Shown: one piece after another, positions 41,465 through 47,508 of the stretch | Layout: each line of letters begins with the position of its first letter | Position numbering within the stretch: position 1 is the stretch's first letter | Origin: a virus | Reading direction: 5' to 3' (one strand) | Virus record (IMG/VR): IMGVR_UViG_3300028048_000198 | Coordinates: 1 to 47,508 of that record | Length of the DNA stretch: 47,508 nucleotides | Translations under genes and position numbers: made by a program | The notes under the pieces: model-generated | The model's input: the letters and a program-made list of their open reading frames with translations, nothing else | The model's database searches: none | What the model was told of the DNA's origin: nothing

Positions 41465-42025
41465 ATGGTAGATACAAGTTTAAATAAAAAATATGTTGCT
41501 AAGGAAGGTGGAAATTTAGATTTCAGTCCTATTCCAGATGGTATTTATAGAGCTAGAGTTAAAGAGGTTACACCTTGGACTGCTAAGACACAAAATATTA
41601 AAGTTATCCAAAGAGATGAAAATGGTAAAGCATTATTAGATGAAAAAGGAGAACAATTAAGGGAATTAGTTCCTAATTGTACATTCTATAACTGTAATGT
41701 AAAAATGGAAATTATTGGTGGAGCTTATGATGGTAGATTAGTATTCCATAACTTAAGCACACATCCAAATATGCCATTTAATATTCCAAATTTCTTATAT
41801 GGAATTGGGTTACAAGAAATATCAGCAAGTGAAATTCAAGAAAAAACTAAAGGACTTATTTGTGATATTGATGTTTTTACTGATAAATATGAAAAAACAG
41901 TACAAGACAAAGAAACAGGTCTTGATGAAGTTGAAGAAAAGTATATTAATAAAGTAAAAGCATTTAAACAAATTCCTGCTGAAAACCCTAATGCTGAGAT
42001 AGAAACAGAAGATATGGGATTTTAG
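41465..42025 (+). CDS. DUF669-type phage ssDNA-binding-like protein with acidic C-terminal tip ...ETEDMGF
   Basis: FSPIPDGIYRARVKEV...MEIIGGAYDGRLVFHNL fits the DUF669 pattern (P.G.Y.a.i.......f.I..G...GR.if..l). Confidence 0.6.
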   Translation: MVDTSLNKKYVAKEGGNLDFSPIPDGIYRARVKEVTPWTAKTQNIKVIQRDENGKALLDEKGEQLRELVPNCTFYNCNVKMEIIGGAYDGRLVFHNLSTHPNMPFNIPNFLYGIGLQEISASEIQEKTKGLICDIDVFTDKYEKTVQDKETGLDEVEEKYINKVKAFKQIPAENPNAEIETEDMGF

Positions 42026-42040
42026 TAAGGTCAGTTGAAT

Positions 42041-44833
42041 ATGGAATACTTTAAAAAGTATTTTAATGAAGTTGAGGAAAAAGATTGGTTGGCAGAAGAA
42101 GTTAAAGTTAGATGTCCTTTTCATGAGGATACTAACCCTTCTGCATCAATCAATACTATGAAAAATCTATTTCATTGTTGGGTATGTAATGTTGGTTATA
42201 ATGAAGAACAATTTATAGCTAAGATGAACAATATACCAACTACAGAAGCAATCAAATTACTAGATAAATATAATATTAATAATGACTGGGATGTTAATAA
42301 GGGTTCACTATGGTCAGATGATAAGTTCTTAAATAAAGTTAGAGATTTAGGATTATCTGATGAAACAATTAATGATCTTAATCTAGGAACAGTAAAGTTT
42401 AATAATTCAAACAAAAGACTACTAGGAATACCTGTGTTTTACAATAACATTCTTGTAGATGTAAGAAAATATAATTTATTAAAATATGAAGGACTACCAA
42501 AGGTTAGTTCAAATGAAGATGCTGAAAGTGGTTGGCTTATTCCTTATGATACCTTTTTAGAGAGTGATGAAGTATGTTATCTTTTTGAGGGGGAGAAAGA
42601 TATGCTTATTGCTAGAGAACAAGGAATTAATGCATATACATTAACTTGTGGAGCAGGAGCAACTCCTAACTCTAAGATATTAGGTTCATTTAAAGATAAA
42701 GATATAGTACTATGCTATGATAATGATGAAGCAGGTAAAAAAGGTATGGTAAATGTCTTTAAATGCATAAAAGATATAGCAAAAGATGTAAAATATATAA
42801 AGATAGGTGATGTTGTTAAAGAGGAGAAAGAAGATTTCTATGATTATATTACAAAATATAACGGAGATATATTTGAATTTTATTCGCTTGAACAACATCA
42901 TTTTAATTTAGATGAAATTGAAAAGAATGTTAGAATTACAATAAAGGAAGCATTAAACGAGAATAGATTAAGAAAAAGATTAAAAAGTGTTATAACAGTT
43001 ACTAGTGAATTCCAAGATCCTTACTCAGTTCCTACCATTGTAGAGTTTGAGAAAGTTGCTGAAAAAGGTTCTAAAAGTGAAATAATGCTTGAAGGAGAAA
43101 AAAGAAGTTGGTTTCTAGAAGACAAAAATATAGTACAGATGCTAGAACTTATAGAGGCTAATGCCAAAGATGTAGAAATTAAGAATAAGCTTAAGAGCTA
43201 TGTAGGAATACCAAACGGAGAGCCTTTTGTAGAAATAAAAATGAAAGAGCTTAAAACAGTTTATAAAACTACAGTTGTAGATAAAGATATTGATGGTTCT
43301 GCTCAAAGTTTAGACTTATATAGTTTTGAGAGATTAGATGTTGGTGGTCAATATGTTATAGATTATATAATATATCCACATCCTACAAAACATCAAAAAC
43401 TTGTAGCAATATGTTTCAAGTCTATACCAGTACATGATAATAGAAACTATATAACAAACAAAGAAGTGCTTAAACTATTTCAACATGGAGGAACAATAGA
43501 AGAAAGATTAGATTATTTATATCAGAGTGCTAAGCATCATATAGCAAAACACTTGAACTTCAATATATGGTTAATGAGTGATTTAGTTTTTAATTCAATT
43601 CTAGATTTTGACTATGGTGGAAAAATGAGAGGCTGCTTAGATGTATTCTTCTTAGGAGATACACAAGTCGGTAAATCTGAAACAACAGGAGAATTAGTTA
43701 AGTTATATAACTTTGGTCATTTCTTATCACTTAAAACATCAACTACTGTAGGTCTTATTGGTGGTTCTAGTAAGGTTGATGGATCATTTTGTAATACAAT
43801 AGGTTCTATACCTAGACAACATAAAAGACTTGCTGTACTTGAGGAATTTAGTGGTGCTAGACCTGATTTTATTAAGACTATGACAGATATAAGAAGTAGT
43901 AACGAGTTAAGACTTTCTAGAGTTAGTGGAGAACTAATAGTACCTTGTAAATTAAGAATGATAACTATATCAAATCCAGTAAATGATGAGAACGGAAATC
44001 CTAGATTTTTGAATACATTCCCTAATGGTGTTATGCCACTTATGGAGCTTATTAAAAGTGCTGAGGATGTATCAAGATATGATGGTTTTTTACTTATTCC
44101 TAAAGTTGAAAAAAGAATAAATCCATTTGCTTATACATTACAAGGAACTCCTATACCAAAAGAAGCTTATCAAAATAAAATAAATTGGGTAGCAACTAGA
44201 GAAGTTGATAATGTTAAATTTGCAGAAGGTGTAGAAAGTTATATTTGGGAAAAAGCAGAAGAACTTAATCAAATATTTGAGTGTAACTTCCCATTATTCG
44301 GAACTACAACATCTAAGAAACTAGCAAGATTTAGTGTAGCTCTAGCTAGTCTACTTGTTAATGTTGATGAAACTTATGAGAATATAATAGTTACTAAAGA
44401 AATTGTAGATTATATGGTTAAATATCTTACAAGTATTTATGATGACGATGGATTCAAACTAAAAGATTATGCAAATGAATATAGAGCTTATAGTATTTGT
44501 ACTGATGCTGATATTAAAGATTTACAAGACTTATATGCTAGAAATGCAACATTATTTAATTTCTTAAACGGACAAAGCAAGACATCAAGAGCAAACTTAT
44601 CTAGTGTTTCTGGATTAGATAATTCTAAGTTCTTTGCAATATTTAATAAGTTAGTTGCTAGAAAGTTTATTAGATTAAACCTAGATAATGTTTATCCTAC
44701 TGATAAATTTAGAAAAGCATTTAATAAAATTGATAAGAGTTTTACTACTGATACAGGTAGTATGATAAATACAGTAAACGAAACTAATGATAGTGGAGTT
44801 ACATTTATAAATGATTTGGAAGGAGATAAGTAA
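42041..44833 (+). CDS. Primase-helicase fusion: DnaG-type CHC2 zinc finger + TOPRIM + MCM-like AAA+ helicase
   Basis: Zinc finger is CPFHEDTNPSASIN...FHCWVC. TOPRIM is YLFEGEKDMLIA...CYDNDEAGKKG. The MCM-like part has FFLGDTQVGKSE (Walker A), LAVLEEFSG (Walker B), ITISNP (sensor 1) and SRYDGFLLI (SRFD Arg finger). Confidence 0.8.
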   Translation: MEYFKKYFNEVEEKDWLAEEVKVRCPFHEDTNPSASINTMKNLFHCWVCNVGYNEEQFIAKMNNIPTTEAIKLLDKYNINNDWDVNKGSLWSDDKFLNKVRDLGLSDETINDLNLGTVKFNNSNKRLLGIPVFYNNILVDVRKYNLLKYEGLPKVSSNEDAESGWLIPYDTFLESDEVCYLFEGEKDMLIAREQGINAYTLTCGAGATPNSKILGSFKDKDIVLCYDNDEAGKKGMVNVFKCIKDIAKDVKYIKIGDVVKEEKEDFYDYITKYNGDIFEFYSLEQHHFNLDEIEKNVRITIKEALNENRLRKRLKSVITVTSEFQDPYSVPTIVEFEKVAEKGSKSEIMLEGEKRSWFLEDKNIVQMLELIEANAKDVEIKNKLKSYVGIPNGEPFVEIKMKELKTVYKTTVVDKDIDGSAQSLDLYSFERLDVGGQYVIDYIIYPHPTKHQKLVAICFKSIPVHDNRNYITNKEVLKLFQHGGTIEERLDYLYQSAKHHIAKHLNFNIWLMSDLVFNSILDFDYGGKMRGCLDVFFLGDTQVGKSETTGELVKLYNFGHFLSLKTSTTVGLIGGSSKVDGSFCNTIGSIPRQHKRLAVLEEFSGARPDFIKTMTDIRSSNELRLSRVSGELIVPCKLRMITISNPVNDENGNPRFLNTFPNGVMPLMELIKSAEDVSRYDGFLLIPKVEKRINPFAYTLQGTPIPKEAYQNKINWVATREVDNVKFAEGVESYIWEKAEELNQIFECNFPLFGTTTSKKLARFSVALASLLVNVDETYENIIVTKEIVDYMVKYLTSIYDDDGFKLKDYANEYRAYSICTDADIKDLQDLYARNATLFNFLNGQSKTSRANLSSVSGLDNSKFFAIFNKLVARKFIRLNLDNVYPTDKFRKAFNKIDKSFTTDTGSMINTVNETNDSGVTFINDLEGDK

Positions 44834-45330
44834 TGGTATTAGATGAAAAGGAGCTAGAAAAATATAAAACTCATCCTAGAGTTTTAGAAATAAGATTTAT
44901 TTTAATGTTTGATATGTTTGAGAAGGAACTTGGTTACCAACAAGCAACTAAGTCCTTCCAGGCTTTATGTAGTGCGTTTAATTGTAATATGACACTATTA
45001 CAAGCTATTATAAATAGGAGATTTGATATATTAAGAAAGTCAAAAACTAATTTTAGAAGATGGCGACAAGAAGTTGTATTTTCATCCTATGTTTATGGGG
45101 AAAGTATTTATAGAGTTGCTAAATATTACTTTAGAATTAAGCCAGAAGGTATATATGCACAAAAGGAACTCTATGATGTTAACAGATTTTTAACTAATGA
45201 ATGGCTAGATAAACTTGATGATAGTACAATATTGTGTGGAGAATATGCTTATAAAAATGAAGTTGTTAGATTTATGGAAATTATAGATAACATGGCTCTA
45301 ATACTAAAGAAGTGGAAAGGTGATGCTTAA
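44833..45330 (+). CDS. Hypothetical protein (165 aa) between the primase-helicase and polymerase genes
   Basis: TAATG coupling on both sides. Confidence 0.6.
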   Translation: MVLDEKELEKYKTHPRVLEIRFILMFDMFEKELGYQQATKSFQALCSAFNCNMTLLQAIINRRFDILRKSKTNFRRWRQEVVFSSYVYGESIYRVAKYYFRIKPEGIYAQKELYDVNRFLTNEWLDKLDDSTILCGEYAYKNEVVRFMEIIDNMALILKKWKGDA

Positions 45331-46724
45331 TGTTCTTATATCAGAAGTATAAATATAACTATAAACATTTAGATGTACATAATGATGCTGACATATCTTA
45401 TTTACAAGATTTAATACATAAAGCAGATAATGTACAACCTAATTATTTATATTACGATACTGAAACTGATGGATTACATATTATAACATCTAAACCATTC
45501 TTAGTATCATTTGGTTTTAAAAAAGATGATGTAAAAGAAGTTATAACTATGGATTATGATAAGGATATAATGAATTCATTTTGGAAAACAATATCTATAC
45601 AAAAGAATTTGAACAATAATCCAAATTATATAGGTGTAGGAGCACACAATGCTAAATATGATTATCACATGATGGAAAATGGGGGCAGTCCTATTCCAGA
45701 AAATATAGACTTGTTTGATAGTATTACAGTTGCTAGACTTACTGAATATGTTGATGAACACGCAAGTATGAGCCTAGAAACACTTGGTGGTAAATATGTT
45801 GATGAAGAAGCTAAGTTTGCTGGTAAAATTATTAAAGATATTATTAAAAAACTTAATGCTGAAAGAAGAAAACAACTTAGAGAAGATATTATGAACGCAT
45901 TTCCAGATGATGGATTTTTCACTATAACTAAGAGTGGTAAAAAGAAAGCAACAGGTAAACTATCTAAACTTATTGAGAACTATGATAAAACTAGAACACA
46001 GTTCTTAAACGATGATGATCCTTACTTCAAGTTTATTGATGAACACTATAGACCTGCTAGTTATAAAGATGTATATGAAAAAGAACCAGAATTAATGAGA
46101 AGTTATGCTGCTGATGATATTGTTATAGGTATAGAATATCTAGAAAAGGCTATGCCTACATTGTTAAAAGTTGATAAAGACTTAACCGTAACAAAAAGAG
46201 AAGGAAAACTTATTAGGGCTGTTGCTTGGATGGAAGATACAGGACTTAAAGTTGATGTAGATTATGTATTAAATTGTAGAAAGAATATGATAGCTTATAG
46301 AGATTTATTATACTTTGAACTACAAATGTACACAGGCGAAGAGTTCTCAGTAGGACAACATGAATTTATAAAGAAGTTATTATTAGCTAAATATAAAATA
46401 AAAACTGATAAAGCAGATGAAAAAGCACTAAAATATATTAGAGAACATTCTGATAATGAAGAAGTTAAAGATATTTGTTCTAATATACTAGAATTAAGAA
46501 CACTTGATAAATGGATTTCTACTTATGTTGACGGCAAACTTAATGCTGTTGTGAATGGTAGAATATATACAGATATAAATAATAATGGAGCTGTATCTGG
46601 TAGAGTTAGTTGTGATATGCAACAACAACCTAAGGAAGCACTATTTGATAGAGATGGTAATGAGTTATTCCACCCTAGAAGAATGTTTGTTTGTGATGAT
46701 GGTTTCTGTTTAGCATTTTGCGAT
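45330..46724 (+). CDS. Family-A DNA polymerase, exon 1 (3'-5' exonuclease domain and N-terminal part of the polymerase domain up to the motif-A Asp)
   Basis: Exo I is YYDTETDGL, Exo II is NAKYDYHMM and Exo III is YAADD. RRMFVCDDGFCLAFCD matches Taq IRRAFIAEEGWLLVALD. The in-frame stop 3 nt later belongs to the intron. Confidence 0.9.
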
Positions 46725-47508
46725 AAATGATTGTCGCAGTAAAACTCTGTGAATTGCTGGAAACCCCTTAGAGCTTTTAGTACCAAAGTGTAAAAATCTA
46801 AAAGATTGGGCAATCAGCAGCCAAGCCTAGAAATAGGAAGGTTCAACGACTATCGAAAGGATAACGAACCGAGTAGAGTAGGTTTCAAGTGAAACCGAAG
46901 TGCAGAGATATTGACACGAAGTTCCATTTGTGATACCATATAAAAGGTGATAGAAATGGAAGAATATATAAAAAATAATTTTAAAAAATTAACAAAATCT
47001 GAAATGGCTAAAAATCTTGGAGTGTCTTATAATAAAGTAGACTGGTTATGTAGAAAATTAGGACTAAAACATTACAAGTCAGTAAAATATAGTGATTATG
47101 AAATAGAATTTATAAGACATAATTATCCAACTTATGGATCTAAATTTTGTGCAGAAGCACTAAATAGAAGTGAAAATGCCATAAATAAGAAAATAAAGAA
47201 GATGAATTTACAAATAAATTGGAAACACTATTATATAAATACTAATGGTTATCTTGTAAATTGTGAAGATAGAAATAAACCCTATCTAGTTCATAGAAAA
47301 ATTATGGAAGAACATTTAGGTAGGAAACTAAAAGATAATGAAATAGTACACCATAAAGATATGAACAAACTTAATAACGATATAGATAATTTACAAATAG
47401 TGTCAAGAAGTGAACATACTAAATTACATCAAGATTATTTGAAAAAGTGTCAATATAAGATATAGTCTGAACTTATGTGAAAGCATAAGAGAACTAATGG
47501 AAACGATT
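46725..47508 (+). mobile_element. Group I intron (IA2-like), 5' part to the window end (continues 128..144); about 801 nt in total
   Basis: P1 pairs ttgcgaT (exon end) with Gtcgcag (46733-46739), giving a U.G pair at the splice site. The cores agccaagcc and gtgcagaga match the T4 td-type conserved segments. The GC-richer structured sequence at 46725-46945 contains no ORF. Confidence 0.8.
46956..47465 (+). CDS. Intron-encoded HNH homing endonuclease with N-terminal HTH DNA-binding modules
   Basis: HNH motif is VHHKDMNKLNNDIDNLQIVSRSEHTKLH. HTH-like segment is LTKSEMAKNLGVSYNKVDWLCRKLGL. ATG at 46956 lies 6 nt after aaaggtg. Confidence 0.85.
   Translation: MEEYIKNNFKKLTKSEMAKNLGVSYNKVDWLCRKLGLKHYKSVKYSDYEIEFIRHNYPTYGSKFCAEALNRSENAINKKIKKMNLQINWKHYYINTNGYLVNCEDRNKPYLVHRKIMEEHLGRKLKDNEIVHHKDMNKLNNDIDNLQIVSRSEHTKLHQDYLKKCQYKI

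Noticed and set aside
37499-46813. Minus-strand ORFs inside the plus-strand replication genes (37499-37888, 41822-42124, 42196-42414, 42710-42901, 45576-45761, 45665-45922, 46523-46813), plus 1181-1429, 1598-1786, 1799-2128, 2129-2344 and 4714-4938 in the wrapped part
   Set aside because: They are antisense shadows of AT-rich coding sequence with Leu/Phe/Ile/Ser-rich products and no SD. They overlap well-supported genes.
1-47508. Lysogeny module, DGR, retron, toxin-antitoxin or restriction-modification/methyltransferase genes
   Set aside because: No integrase, recombinase, CI/Cro-like pair, reverse transcriptase or methyltransferase motifs were seen in any ORF. The absence is by motif inspection only.

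Overview
The window is an essentially complete, circularly closed genome of a low-GC (about 30% by eye) tailed phage. The host is probably a spore-forming Firmicute. Bases 1-127 are identical to 47382-47508, so the unique length is about 47,381 bp and features wrap across the window ends. Two divergent arms leave a 1.26-kb non-coding control region (30466-31724). The rightward arm runs 31725 -> 47508, wraps, and continues to 5150. It starts with three tandem near-identical sigma-A promoters and a roughly 400-nt structured leader, followed by a run of small, often very acidic early proteins. After these come an SNF2 helicase, a Sak/Rad52-like annealase, a DUF669 SSB-like protein and a DnaG-primase/MCM-like helicase fusion. 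The family-A DNA polymerase is split by a group I intron carrying an HNH endonuclease; exon 2 is at 145-951. The arm ends with a stand-alone Spo0A C-terminal-domain homologue, a VRR-NUC nuclease and a YqaJ-like exonuclease. The leftward arm (30465 -> 5166) starts with a small sigma-region-4-like HTH regulator in its own promoter-terminator unit, then a seven-gene cassette of unknown function (26902-30093). That cassette includes a Gly-zipper/Cys-rich protein, a BclA-C/C1q-like protein, a Tyr/Gly/Arg-rich protein and a C39/papain-like protein. The podovirus-like morphogenesis module follows: TerS, TerL, portal, scaffold, capsid, a 1465-aa LamG tail protein and an 870-aa fibre. After it come the XhlA/endolysin/holin lysis genes and three putative internal/ejection proteins. 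I saw no integrase, repressor, phage RNA polymerase, tRNA, CRISPR array or reverse transcriptase, so the phage is probably virulent and uses host RNAP throughout. All homology calls are motif recognition by eye, not searches.
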